NCBI RefSeq assembly: GCF_006345805.1
Contig: NC_043004.1
Location: 20,708,001 to 20,772,000 of the forward strand
From: Octopus sinensis
Lineage: Eukaryota
DNA length: 64,000 bases
Direction: 5' to 3'
Below, piece after piece: positions 52,045 through 64,000 of this stretch. Below the pieces are notes generated by a model. It worked only from the letters and a program-made list of their open reading frames with translations. It made no database searches and was not told where the DNA came from. The first letter of the stretch is position 1, and every line of letters begins with the position of its first letter. A program made the position numbers and the translations under genes.

Positions 52045-52496
52045 GTTTCAAATTTTCGCACAAGGCCAGCATTTTTGGGGGAGGGGAAAGTTTATTACAT
52101 CGACTCCAGTGCTCAACTGGTACTTACTTTATCCACCCCAAAAGGATGAAAAGCAAAGTCGACTCAGAACGTAAAGACGGATGTAATGCAGCTTAGCATT
52201 TGGCCTAACATGTTAATGATCCTGCCAACTTGCCACTGTACAAAATCAATATATTAATATCGATATTGATATAATCAATACTCTTTACTCTTTTACTCTT
52301 TTACTTATTTCAGTCATTTGACTGCGGCCATGCTGGAGCACCACCTTTAGTCGAGCAAATCGACCCCGGGACTTGTTCTTTGTAAGCCCAGTACTTATTC
52401 TATCGGTCTCTTTTGCCGAACCGCTAAGTGACGGGGATGTAAACACACCAGCATCGGTTGTCAAGCAATGCTAGGAGGACAAACACAGACACATAA

Positions 52497-52547
<51 letters not shown>

Positions 52548-52710
52548 CGACAGGCTTCTTTCAGTTTCTGTCTACCAAATCCACTCACAAGGCATTGGTC
52601 GGCCCGGAGCTATAGCAGAAGACACTTGCCCAAGATGCCACGCAGTGGGACTGAACCCGGAACCATGTGGTTGGTTAGCAAGCTACTTACCACACTGCCA
52701 CTCCTGCGCC
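52045..52710 (-). mobile_element. SINE-A (52045-52235) and a well-preserved full SINE-B (52279-52710)
   Basis: Family-diagnostic sequences; the SINE-B tail is (AAAAGAGT)n on its sense strand. Confidence 0.9.
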
Positions 52711-53289
52711 TATGCATTGGGAAATATTAATTTAGTAAGGTATTTGGTGATGAAATTTAGGTAGTTAGCAGTAGTTAAATGACTGTGAGCATGTTCAAAT
52801 ACTTAAAAATATCTGCAATTATATTTGAGGGGTTCACCTATCATTATGAACATATGTCAGCATTAAGAGATAGGTTGGAAGTATTTGTAACTGTTGAAAT
52901 AGTTGTAAGAAATTACAATGAATACGGTATCCTTGAAGAAAATTTCAAAGATATCATCATTATTACATATATTTAAGATTTTCTGTTATATATTTTCTAG
53001 CATAAGTCAGGTTTCTATTCTTATTCTTAAATTCCCAGATATAGGTTGAAAGAGATGTATGACATCTAGAAGGTTCCTGAAAAAGAAGATGTGTTTGTTG
53101 CATAGAGATTTGAAACAATTAATAGTAAAGGTAATATATGCTTTAGTGGAGGTAACTGTTTATACAATACACTGGGGTACTGTACCTTTAATCAAGGAGT
53201 TAGAATTAAAAACATAAAGAATAACTGGTAGAATTAGAATTATTATAGAGTCAGTGCTAGTTTGATTTTGATCAGAGGAAGCAGTTGTT

Positions 53290-53395
53290 TGAGTGAAGTA
53301 GGGTATGTCTCTATCTTCAGGTCACTCCTCCTCACTCAAAGCCACCAATCCTCTGTATTTGTCTTGGTGTTCACATCTCTTTCAAACTGACTGTA
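53290..53395 (-). mobile_element. R4/Dong-clade fragment
   Basis: QFERDVNTKTNTEDWWL*VRRSDLK; paralogous to 33720-33790. Confidence 0.75.
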
Positions 53396-53409
53396 TATTA
53401 TTATTATTA

Positions 53410-53451
<42 letters not shown>

Positions 53452-53478
53452 CATCATTATTATTATTATTATTATTAT

Positions 53479-53800
53479 TGAGTGACAGAGCGGTGCATGC
53501 CATCAAAGTGACATTGGGGTAAAATATATGAAGCCCAGTATACCCATCATGACTACCCATCTGATAAGGGTACACCAGGCACATGCATCACAACCATATG
53601 CACACGACAGTGTGGTCTCATATCAAGATATGCAGCACATGACCTTACAGGTGAGGCCCAGTTACAATTTTCTTCAGGACAAGTTAACCCATCTCACTCA
53701 AATGGTCCTTGAGTAAAGGTTAGTTAAAGATGCTGAGCAAAACACCCATGTTTCCAGAAGTGAATTATTCAAACACCAAAGAATTCCTCTCAACTTCCCA
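53479..53800 (-). mobile_element. Non-coding (AAT)n-tailed retroposon, copy 3
   Basis: Same 3' end as copies 1, 2 and 4; (ATT)n on both sides. Confidence 0.8.
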
Positions 53801-53909
53801 CTATTATTATTATTATTATTATTATATTATTATTATTATTATTATTATCATCATCATTATTTTTATTATTATTATCATCATCATCATTATATTTATTATT
53901 GTTATTTTA

Positions 53910-53973
<64 letters not shown>

Positions 53974-53996
53974 CATCATTATTATTATCCTTATTA

Positions 53997-54420
53997 TGCA
54001 AGTACATCATAATTTCATTAGCAGGAATTTTATCTTGAAATTTGGTGACAACAAGTCTCCTCAAATCTCAAGAATCTTCCTTGCAGAATATAGAATGGTA
54101 CTTTATGCAGGTCAATAATGCAAGTCTCAATTCCAATATTTTTCAGTCTTTTTTGTAGAATTTTGGGTTTTGTGCCAAGTTCTTCAATTACCACTGGAAT
54201 AATTGTTGTCTTAGACTTCCACAGTCTCTTCATCTCTCAGGCTAGATCCTGATATTTCTGAATTTTTTCAATTTTTTTGGTATGGCCACTGCTATCATAG
54301 GGTCTTATATGATCTTACAGTTTGTTTATCTTGTCTTCTATAGTTGTATCTGGTCCTTTTGCTTCAGTATATCTTTCTTTAAATTCTTTATTTGTTTTGA
54401 TAATTAAACTGTGGCCGTGC
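53997..54420 (-). mobile_element. R4/Dong-clade 3' end with (AAT)n tail
   Basis: QKYQDLA.EMKRLWKSKTTIIPVVIEELGTKPK.LQKRLKNIGI. Confidence 0.85.
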
Positions 54421-54869
54421 TGGGTAGTATTGCAGGTGGAGTCCCAAGAGCCAAAATCTTTGGAAGCTGTACTTTATGAGATGTTATCTATTATTTTTCA
54501 CTTTTATATTAAGACGTAAACAATCTTTATGGAACCAAGTTGAAGCCATTATCTATATTGGTAAAGTTCAAACAAATTCAAATAAAGTTACTTCAAAAAG
54601 AAAGGAAAAAAATTATAAAAACACTATACATTAAACCTTTGCATTCTTGTCTATCACTATCAATATTTTTTTATAATAAATATGTTTTGATTGAGCAGAC
54701 AATAGTTGCATTAAAGTGCATGCATTAAGGGATAAGTGGTAAAAAAAAAAAATCTACAATTTTCATCAGTACTGCCTATATTGACCAATATCCCTATGAA
54801 CATCACTGGTTCGATTATTATCAGTAACAATCATGAGTATTTTCATTTCTTTTCATAAAAATAACAACA

Positions 54870-55739
54870 CTAATTGTTTCTAATTTAGGCACAAAAACCA
54901 ATAATTTGAGGGGAAAAAGTTAGTTGAAATTATCAAACCCTATACTAGATTAGTATTTTGTTTTCTTGACCTGAGAGCAATGATAAGTAAAGTTGACCAT
55001 TGCAGGGTTTGAACTCAGAATGCAAAGAGCTGGAACAAATACTACTGGGCATTTTGTCTGAGACATTAATGATTCAACCACTCTACCATCTTAGTGGTAG
55101 TGATAATAATAATCCTTTTTAATATAGGCAAAAGGCCAGCAATATCAGCAGGAGGGAGTAAATTGATTACATCCACCCTAGTGTCTTAACTGCTACTTAT
55201 TTTATTGACCCCCGAAAGAATGAAAGGTAAAGTTGACCACAGTGGAATTTGAACTCAGAACATGAAGACAGACAAAATGCTGCTAAGCATTTTGCCCGAT
55301 GTGCTAATGATTCTGACTGCTCAATGCCTTAATAATAATAATAATAATAATAATTCTTTCTACTATAAGCACAAGGCCTGAAATTTTGCAAGAAGGGACC
55401 CAGTTGATTAGCTCGACCTCAGTATACAACTTGTACTTATTTTATTGACCCCGAAAGGATGAAAAGCAAAGTCGACCTCAGTAGAATTTGAACTCAGAAC
55501 ATAGCGGCAGACAAAATAATAATAGTCATTTCTACTATAGGCACAAGGCTTGAAAATTTGGGGGAGGGGATTAGTCAATTACATCGACTCCAGTATTTCA
55601 CTGGTACTTAATTTATCGACCCCGAATGGATGAAAGGCAAAGTCAGGCACAGCAGAATTTGAACTCAAAATGTAGCAACTGATGAAATACTGCTAAGCAT
55701 TTCATCCAATGTGTTAACGATTTTGTTAGCTCACCACCC

Positions 55740-55790
<51 letters not shown>

Positions 55791-56680
55791 TAATAATTAT
55801 AATTATAGTTATAATAAAGATACTTATAATAAATACTATCGACTGCATACACTTAACATATATGCTTTGTGCATTTGCCAGCATGCTGTGATCTGGGATG
55901 GTGGAGAATACTCTCTGAAAATGCTGGGTGTTAGCACACCTAAAAGTTATGGCCATGTGAGATAACTCGCCTCTAATCCAATCTAAGGGTGATGGACATT
56001 GATGTTTCACTGGTTTTGTAGCTTATCTGCATCATGGGATTAGAGGCAAGTTATCTCACCTATCCATGACTTTCAGATGCTTTAACACCCAGCACTTTGA
56101 GAGAATATCCTCCACCATGCCAAATCACTGCCTACCAGCAAATACACAAAGCATATCCATTACAAATACATGGTCCATAATGTTTATTACACTTATGTTG
56201 CTTCTATTTCATATTTGAATTATAATTATAATAGTTCTTTCTACTATAGGCCCAAAGTCTGAAATTTTTGAGAGGGGTGGGGCTAGTTGATAGCATCAAC
56301 TCCAATTCTTAAATGTTGCTTATTTTACTGATCCCAAAAGAATAAACGATAGAATTGACTCCAGTGGAATTTGAACTCAAGATGTAAAGACAAACAAAAT
56401 GCCACAAAAAATTTTGTCTGGTGTGTTAATGATTCTATACACTCATCACCTTTATAATAATTCTTACTAAATTTGAAACAAGACCAGCAATTTTGAGGAG
56501 AGGAAGAAGATGATTACATTGACCCCTGGTACCTATTGTTTTGACCTTCGAAAGGATGAAAGGCCAAGTCAAACTCAGTGGAATTTGAACTCAGAACCTA
56601 AAGAGCTGGAATAAATGCCACTAAGTATTTCATCCTGCATGTTGACGATTCTGCTAGCTTACTGGATTAATAATAATAAT
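54870..56680 (-). mobile_element. Cluster of about six same-strand SINE-A copies
   Basis: Repeated ...ttgacccc.aaaggatgaaaggcaaagtcgacc.cagtggaatttgaactcagaa blocks at about 54960, 55200, 55440, 55620, 56330 and 56540. Confidence 0.88.
55860..56156. mobile_element. Old fold-back MITE (~120-bp imperfect arms)
   Basis: 55860-55979 aligns with the reverse complement of 56037-56156 (roughly 80% by eye); TA at both edges. Confidence 0.75.
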
Positions 56681-57115
56681 AATAATGGTAATAATAAAGA
56701 AGAGTAAGAGGAAAAAAATCTAAAAATGATGGTGTTAAGTGCTGTTGACTTCACTTTTATCTTTTGAAGTATGCAAAAAAATATTTATCGGTGTTTCGTG
56801 AAATTATCTTCTCTGTTTCTAACAGAAATAAGAACAAATGATGAGTGAGGAGCAAAGAAGCAGGAGTGTGATGAAAAGAGAGTAAAAATAAAGAGGTTAA
56901 TTGCACTCAACTTATCGTTTGTTGAAAGGTAGGAGGAGAATAAAAAAGATGTACCAGCAATATGTGTGAAATTTGGCTTTCTATGATATTCCAATACTTT
57001 TTTAATTAATTTTTTTTTTATATATCTGCTGCTTCAGAGTAATAATCAACTTAACAATGTAGAATAACAGGAAAAACAGTGAATTTTTGCAGCAAATGAG
57101 AGGCACAATACTTAC

Positions 57116-57166
57116 AAGTTGCTAAATATTTTGGCTTGAATCCAAGCATTCTTTCAATGTCCAGAT
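57116..57166 (-). CDS. Candidate 51-nt exon (xLDIERMLGFKPKYLAT)
   Basis: aaaatgattttcag|...|gtaagt; only phase 1 open. Confidence 0.35.
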
Positions 57167-57474
57167 CTGAAAATCATTTTGTGCCATTATCTTGAAAAGA
57201 ACTGCATCTAACACCAGGTGAAATAAACATTGAATATAATGATTTATGCAGTGTTAACGTTCATGTGACTGAACGGAGAATTTATTCAAACAACAATTTT
57301 GACAAGTCGGTAGTCATAATTTTAGTGTTCAATTCCAAGACGTTCCTGAGAACAATCAGAAAATGTTTTTTTTCTTTCAGTGTCTTATCTCTTTGCAGAA
57401 ATCTAATGAAAAGTGCCAATGTAATTCAGTAGGATATTAATCATGAGATCAAAGAGGAAGATAATAACAAGATA

Positions 57475-57591
57475 AAGAGAGAGAGAGAGAAAGAGAGACA
57501 GAGACAGACAGACAGAGAAAGAGAGAGAGAAATGAAAAGCCACTGATTGAGAGAGAGAAGGAGAGAGAGAGAGAAATAGAGAGAGAGAGAA

Positions 57592-57648
<57 letters not shown>
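57475..57648. repeat. (GA)n microsatellite
   Basis: Direct inspection. Confidence 0.95.
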
Positions 57649-57649
<1 letters not shown>

Positions 57650-58004
57650 AGTTTTCTGAATTCTTCGTTGCCAAAACAATCTCTGGAGTATTATTACTTC
57701 TCTGATTTAATATTAAAATCCCTCTTGTTTTGACAATGTGTGTCTGTCCAAAAGGATTAACATGTTATGCCTTCATGATAATGAAGTTATGCATGTTAAA
57801 CTACACACCACAGAGAATCACTGAATTTATTAATGTGTGAAGGATATTGAAAAACCATGTTGTTAATATTCCTAATGTTTGTTCTGTTGGCCTTGTCATC
57901 CCTGTATGGTTACATGGATGACATTGCAGGTTTATTCTAGAATAAATATCAGCATCTTACAAGACAAATCTGCTATTATTCAGTCTGCTCTGACATGTAT
58001 ACAC

Positions 58005-58037
58005 TTTGCATTAAAATAAAAGGTGGAAGTGTCACAT
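58005..58037 (-). CDS. Candidate 33-nt exon (DVTLPPFILMQ)
   Basis: aatgttcaatatttccag acceptor; donor gtgtat is weak. Confidence 0.18.
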
Positions 58038-58819
58038 CTGGAAATATTGAACATTTTCCTGTTGGTTCCAGGGCTGACTTGAGGCTAGAAAACATGAACA
58101 ACAATAGAGAGTAGCCGATCTCATTCAAAAGGTCTCTGAATATTGAACAAAACAACAGCAACAACAAGAACACCTACAGCCCCACCATTGCTGACACAAT
58201 CATCATCCTCACCACCACCACCACCAACAACAACAACACTACCGAGATCATCATCATAATCAATACCAGCATGTATATGTTCAATTGGGCAAATAAGGAA
58301 ATATTATTTCATGTTTAAAATAAATTTATACATTCTCTCTATCTTGCTGACAGAGGTTAGTGGTTTAGAGGTTAGCAAATAGCACCACTTAGTTAGCAGT
58401 CGTTACGCAATTGTATATGAGCTCAGTTAATATAAATACAATGTTACTCCTATTAAACACGTTTACACACATCTAAACACAAATACACATTTCTCTCTCT
58501 CTCTCTCTCCCCCCTCTCTCTCCCCCCCTCTCTCTCTCTCTAGCTATTTGTTTGTCTATCTATTCATCCATCCATCTGTCTATCATCATCTTCTTCTTCT
58601 TTGTTTCCATTTCTTGCTATGTGTCTTCCAAACACCTAGGGCAAAGAAATTCACTGTATACATTGGTAGGCCATTAAAATAAACACATCAGATTGTTCAC
58701 TTACAAAGTCATGTGACAGATAAAAAAAGAGGAAGAAAGACAGAGAGAAAAAGAAAAGAAGGAAAAAAGAAAGAAATAATGAAAAGAAGAAAACAAAGAA
58801 AATAAAAGGGAAAAAGGAA

Positions 58820-59345
58820 AGAAAGTTTACAGTGACAATGCTCTTCTTAATATCTATGATGTACCAGCTAAGGCAATCTTTTGCACTTCCTGAATGAATG
58901 GTAAAAGCCAGGAATCATCCTTAAATAATTTTCAGTTCCCTTTCTTGATTATTTCAAGTGCTCCTATAATCACTGGTATTGTAACTGTTTTAAGATGCCA
59001 CATCTTTTCGATTTGGATCAGCAGATCTATATATTTTCTAAGCTTATCAAATTCTTTTGCTGAGATATTATGATTACAAGGTGTGCTCATGTCAATCAAT
59101 AAACAGATTTTACTGTTTTAGTCTTTTACAACAATATCTGGTTTATTAGCTTTGATGGTCTCATCTGTATGTACTGGGAAGTCCCATAGAATCATTACAT
59201 TTTCTCACTCAGGGTGGTGCTTGTACCATTTATCATCTTTGATTTTCTAATGCCGACATATTATCCAATGTAGATATTGGCCAACTCTGTCATGTCTTGA
59301 CTTATACTCTATTGGTGCTAAAACCTTACATCCAGAGATTACTAT
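58820..59345 (-). mobile_element. R4/Dong-clade RLE fragment (distinct subfamily)
   Basis: VISGCKVLAPIEYKSRHDRVGQYLHW...ILWDFPVHTDETIKANKPDIVVKD...LIDM...KY.DL..QIEKMWHLKTVTIPVIIGAL. Confidence 0.92.
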
Positions 59346-59351
59346 TATTAT

Positions 59352-59803
59352 TGAGTGAGAGAGCAGTGCATGCCACCAAAGTGACACTGGGATACAAATA
59401 TATAAAGTCCAGTGTACCCATCATGACTACCCATCTGATAAGGGTACACCAGGCACATGCATCACAACCATATGTTCACAACATGGTGGTCTTATATCAA
59501 GTTAAACAGTGCATTACCTTGCAGATGGGGTGCAGTTAAATTTTTCTTCAGGTTGAGTAGCCCATCTCATTCAAAAGGTCCCTGAATAAGGTTTCTTTAA
59601 GGATGTTGAACAAAACACCCATGTCTCCAGAGATGAATTATACAAACCCCCAAAGAATTCCTCACAACACATAGCTTTGATGCTCCCCTACTGCTTCTGC
59701 ACATGATCAGAGATGCATGTATCATCAGCCACTAAGAGACATGCTCAACTAGTTAAGGCCAAGCAACTAAGCAAATCTGTTGTACTGAGCAGAATATTTA
59801 CTG
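59352..59803 (-). mobile_element. Non-coding (AAT)n-tailed retroposon, copy 4
   Basis: Same 3' end; abuts the R4 fragment through a short (att)n; (ATT)n at its 5' side. Confidence 0.8.
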
Positions 59804-60397
59804 TATTATTATTATTATTATTATTATTTCTTGTATGTACTGCTGGATGTACAACTGCTACTAGTGAATTTAGAACTACTCATTGAGTATCCTCATCCAT
59901 TCTACTTCCTGTAATGTGGTGTGGTTACAATTGCACATAGTAGTATTATTGATATGTATAAAGAACAATTGATAAAGGGAAAAAATATAATAAACTCAAG
60001 ATGCAGTTTATACTATTTGTTCCCTACAAATGTTCCATCTTTGTGGTTATTTGTCTTCTCTGCAGTGGATTTTCATAGTGCATATGAATGCTGATCCACA
60101 ACAGTTCTTCAAGGGAACACTTTATTGCAATATGCTAACACAGATGCCAAGACATTTTATAAGTATGCTGAAAGGGAAATAGAGAATAGAGAAAGAGAAA
60201 AACAAACAGCAACACAAGAGAGGAGAGAAACTAATCCAGATAAGCTCACAAAGTCTAAGATCCCCATAGACCTACTGATTTCTAGATCTGGGATTTTCAC
60301 CAAATGCAGGCTTCTAGATAATTTTCTATTATTGAACTGGAGAACACCTGTCACTTAGAATTAAGCATGCAAGGCATACAGTCTCACAAACTTTTAC

Positions 60398-60496
60398 CTT
60401 TCTTCATCAAAGTAAGCCTGCCAACCATCATTAATTCCCTTTCTAATGAAGTGCTCTGTCTCTCATGGGGTGGAGTACTATTTCTGTTGATGCCAC
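60398..60496 (-). CDS. Candidate 99-nt exon (xGINRNSTPPHERQSTSLERELMMVGRLTLMKK)
   Basis: gtactgtttcattacag|...AAG|gtaaaa; only the phase-1 frame is open. Confidence 0.38.
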
Positions 60497-60732
60497 CTGT
60501 AATGAAACAGTACACTACAAACATATATGCACACACACACACACATATATATATGTATATATATATATATTATATATATATACACACACATGCACATATA
60601 TACATATGCATACATATATGCAATGCATGCATTATGTGTGTATGTGTGTATGCGTATATATATATATATATAAACTGTTTCATATATATATATAGGAATA
60701 CATATATAACAAACACACACACACACACTTAC

Positions 60733-60750
60733 ACATGTATGTATGTACCA
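60733..60750 (-). CDS. Candidate 18-nt micro-exon
   Basis: aattttatgtttaatcag|TGGTACATACATACATGT|gtaagt; lies in simple-repeat-like sequence, so may be chance. Confidence 0.15.
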
Positions 60751-61298
60751 CTGATTAAACATAAAATTCAGGTTTCTGCTGCTAGAAACTAAAACATGAG
60801 GAAGTTTTAAGTATGTTTATGAAAAAAAAATATATCAAAGTTATACATTACTCAAAATGCAATAGCGAATATCATCAAAAATAACAGAATATTGTTGAAA
60901 ATAAAACAAGAATGAAAGATATTTTTTTCCCATTCATTAAGAAGGAAGAGGTGAACAAGATAAAGAAGAAAAATTATAACAATATGGAGCAATTTTATGA
61001 ATTCTTGAAAATGTTTATATGTTTAGAAATGATATTAAAAGTTATGGAATACTAAAAAGAAGAAAAGTTTTCAACTTGAAATTAAATTAATAGAAAGTAA
61101 ATTAATAGAAATGCAAAAGTATTAAAAAATATGCGGTTTTTTTAAAATTTTATTTTGAAAATTATAAAAAAATTATCAAAATTTGCTAAAATTGTTTATC
61201 AATAACACAAGTCTAAATTTTCTCTGTTCTTCAAAATATTAAGTATTGAAATGCTTCTCTCTCTCTCTCTCTTTCTCTAAACACACACACATAAATAT

Positions 61299-61329
<31 letters not shown>

Positions 61330-61424
61330 ATACCCACTACTTCATATATTTTTGCACAGTAACCTTTTACATGGAGGTGAATTTTTATAATAATAAGAAT
61401 AATTATAATTATGATGATAATGAT

Positions 61425-61640
61425 AATGGTTTCAAATTTTGGTATAAGGCTGGCAGTTTTGGTGGGGAGAACAAGATGATTAAATCGACCCCAGTGCTCA
61501 ACTGGTACTTATTTTATTGATCCTCAAAAAAGATGGTAAAATCAACCTTGTGGAATTTGAACTCGGAACTTAGAGATGGACAAAATGCCACAAAGCATCT
61601 TTCCAGGCATGCTAATAATTCTGCAGGCTTACTGCTTTAA
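61425..61640 (-). mobile_element. SINE-A
   Basis: aaatcgaccccagtgctcaactggtacttatt...ggaatttgaactcgg. Confidence 0.8.
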
Positions 61641-61689
61641 TAACAACAACAGCAGCATCAACAACAACAGTAGCAGCAGCAGCACAAAC

Positions 61690-62840
61690 CAAAAAGACAG
61701 ATTCTAATCTTGGGCTATTTCAGATGGGAAATATTACTGAAATTAACTAGATTATCAGTGATGCAGCTAGGGTTACCGCAGAAAGAGTTAGATACAAAAG
61801 AAGAGAACAAACAATATGTAAAGAACCATATTGGCGTAGATTAATTTGTGAGAAGCAAAATTAAGAAGACACTTGGGACAAGTCAACAGATTGGAAAGAA
61901 GGGAATTTCAAAATGAAAGCATAAGAATAAAACTGGAAAGAACATATAGAACATAAAAGTGCAGTAGCAATCATGGCAAAATGGGAAATATATGACAATA
62001 GAACAAAACAATTCAGGCAGGGGATATTGCTTAAAGTCAACTGGAAAAAACTGTTTAAGGAACTATATGGGCAATTACACCTAACAGATGCAGATGAAAG
62101 GGCATTCTGGGGAAGAATTTGGGATCAACCTGTAAAGATAATACAGAGTGGCTGACTGAAATCCAAGGTAGGTTAACAAATACACAAGTTCAAAACAACA
62201 TAAAAATAAATATAGAAAAGATAAAAAGACAGATAAATAAAACTGCAGTATGGAAGAGCTCAGGGCCAGATGGTGTCCAAGGTCATTGGATGAAGACATT
62301 GAGAGGGCTCCATGAAAGGCTAGCAGAACAACTGGACAGGTGATTGCAGGAAGGCTCACTACCTGGATGACAAAAGGAGAGGCATTGTTATATATCAAGG
62401 ATATTGAAAAAAGGCAACAGTGTATCCAACCAGTAACATGTTTTCTACTAGGTGTGTCGGGTGGTGAATTGTATTGATACTTAGAAAAAAGAGGGCTGCT
62501 ATTTATTGAACAAAAATACTTATTGAGCAAGAAAATGCAAGAGAAGGCACGCAAATCTAAGCATGGCATGGATTGATTATCATAAAGCATACAATATGAT
62601 ACCATGCTCTTGGATAACAAGAACTATGGATATATATATGGAGTAGCAGAAAACGTGAGATGCCTTATATGGAACAGTATGAAATGTTAGAGAACTGAAT
62701 TGACAGAAGGGAATCAGGTGTTAGGAGAAATGAAAAATTAGGAGAGAAATCTTCAAGGAAGGACAGTGTATTCCCACTGATATTTGTGCTGGGATGATTC
62801 CCTTGAGTGAAAATCTGCAGAAGAAAAAGTTGGGGTAGTG
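61690..62840 (+). mobile_element. R4/Dong-clade N-terminal and RT fragment (heavily mutated)
   Basis: KEPYWRR; YDNRTKQFRQ; AFWGRIWDQPV; WKSSGPDGVQGHWMKTL; MAWIDYHKAYNMIP; degenerate IFQGDS..PL. Confidence 0.9.
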
Positions 62841-62899
62841 AGTGATACAGTAGAAATTTGCCCCAAACTACCAAATATTGAACAATTATATGATAATAA

Positions 62900-63305
62900 T
62901 GATAATGTTTTCAGATTTTTGCATAAGGCCAACAATTTTAAGAGGAGTTGGTTAGTCAATTTCATTGACCCCACCAGTACATGAATTGTACTTCATTTTA
63001 TTGACCCCAGGACTTATTCTTTGTAAGCCTAGTACTTATTCTATTGGTCTCTTTTGCCGAACTGCTAAGTTACGGGGGACATAAACACACCAGCATCGGT
63101 TGTCAAGCAATGTTGGGGGGACAAACATATACACACACATATAGATAGGCTTCTTTCAGTTTCCGTCTACCAAATCCACTTACAAGGTTTTGGTCGGCCT
63201 GAAGCTATAGTAGAAGACACTTGCCCAAGGTGCCACACAATGGGACTGAACCTGGAACCATGTGGTTGGTAAGCAAGCTACTTACGACACAACCACTCCT
63301 ACGCT
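62900..63305 (-). mobile_element. Chimeric SINE: SINE-B head and body joined to a SINE-A 3' part
   Basis: Switch at gacccc (63003-63008): ...ttcattttattgacccc|aggacttattctttgtaagcc. Confidence 0.75.
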
Positions 63306-64000
63306 TATAATATATAGTATATCTTATTTAAATAAGTTTAATTTATAGTTGTAGCATTAGCTGAAATCTATAGATTTATTCTGTAGTACTTTATGTATAT
63401 CATACATATTATATGAAGCAGTTTTCTTTTTACTTGCTGGATCTAGAGGAAGGGACAATGTCCATGGTTCTTGCAGGCCTTCCTATATTAAGATTGTTGT
63501 CAATTTTGTTCCTCTTGAACCCTTGTATGTGAACATTTGCAATAGATTGACAAGCTGAGAGCAAACTTTATAGAATTAACTACCACCACTGCTACTGTAA
63601 CTGTAGCTGCCAGTGCTGCAAATGCCATTGTCTCTGTTGCTCTCACTGCTGCCATCATTTTCACCTGGCTTATTAGTTAGCTGCCTGTAGATTTTGTAAG
63701 AGAATTTCAGAAGACTTGACAACTTACACAGCTTCTACATGCTCCAGTCTACCTGCTCACATATTTTTAAACATGACTATTTATTTTAAATAAATTAGTT
63801 ATGAGAATGATATCAGCAGAGGACAAAACAGAGAATTTGTTCTTCTCTCTTTCCAGTACATTAGCAACAAAAGCTGATTTACTGAAGCTATTCACTATGA
63901 AATCAATGGTTCCTGATCAGCAATTTTGAGTAGAAAGACTAGTCAATGCCTTGGCCTCAGTTCTTGACTGGGACTATATTTAATCAACCCTGAAAGAAAA

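Noticed and set aside
56755-56818. 64-nt minus-strand AG..GT segment
   Set aside because: Stop codon in every frame
58700-58745. Minus-strand polypyrimidine tract followed closely by gtaagt
   Set aside because: No AG between the tract and the donor, so no exon can be defined

Overview
AT-rich, repeat-saturated eukaryotic DNA with no prokaryotic features. The SINE, RTE and Penelope-type repeat families and the (TA)n/(CA)n/(ATT)n load look like an octopus (Octopodidae) genome; this is an inference from recognised repeat types. Most listed ORFs are microsatellite artefacts. Recognisable coding remnants are all decayed: three mariner families, Helitron PIF1-helicase pieces, several R4/Dong-clade (RLE) retrotransposon fragments, RTE and Tx1/L1 LINE 3' ends, a Ty3/Gypsy LTR-gag-protease-RT fragment, and a processed RPLP1 pseudogene. 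Non-coding elements include three tRNA-type SINE families, piggyBac-, pogo- and Tc1-type MITEs, a solo LTR and several long palindromes. Best leads: (1) a minus-strand series of short, splice-site-bounded segments whose lengths are multiples of 3, suggesting a possible micro-exon gene spread over about 47 kb; (2) a minimal type-I hammerhead ribozyme motif at 7351-7388; (3) R4/Dong-like elements and a non-coding ~530-bp retroposon that sit repeatedly in (ATT)n tracts, often tail-to-tail with SINE/LINE tails. No intact host gene could be named. Many boundaries are approximate, read by eye.
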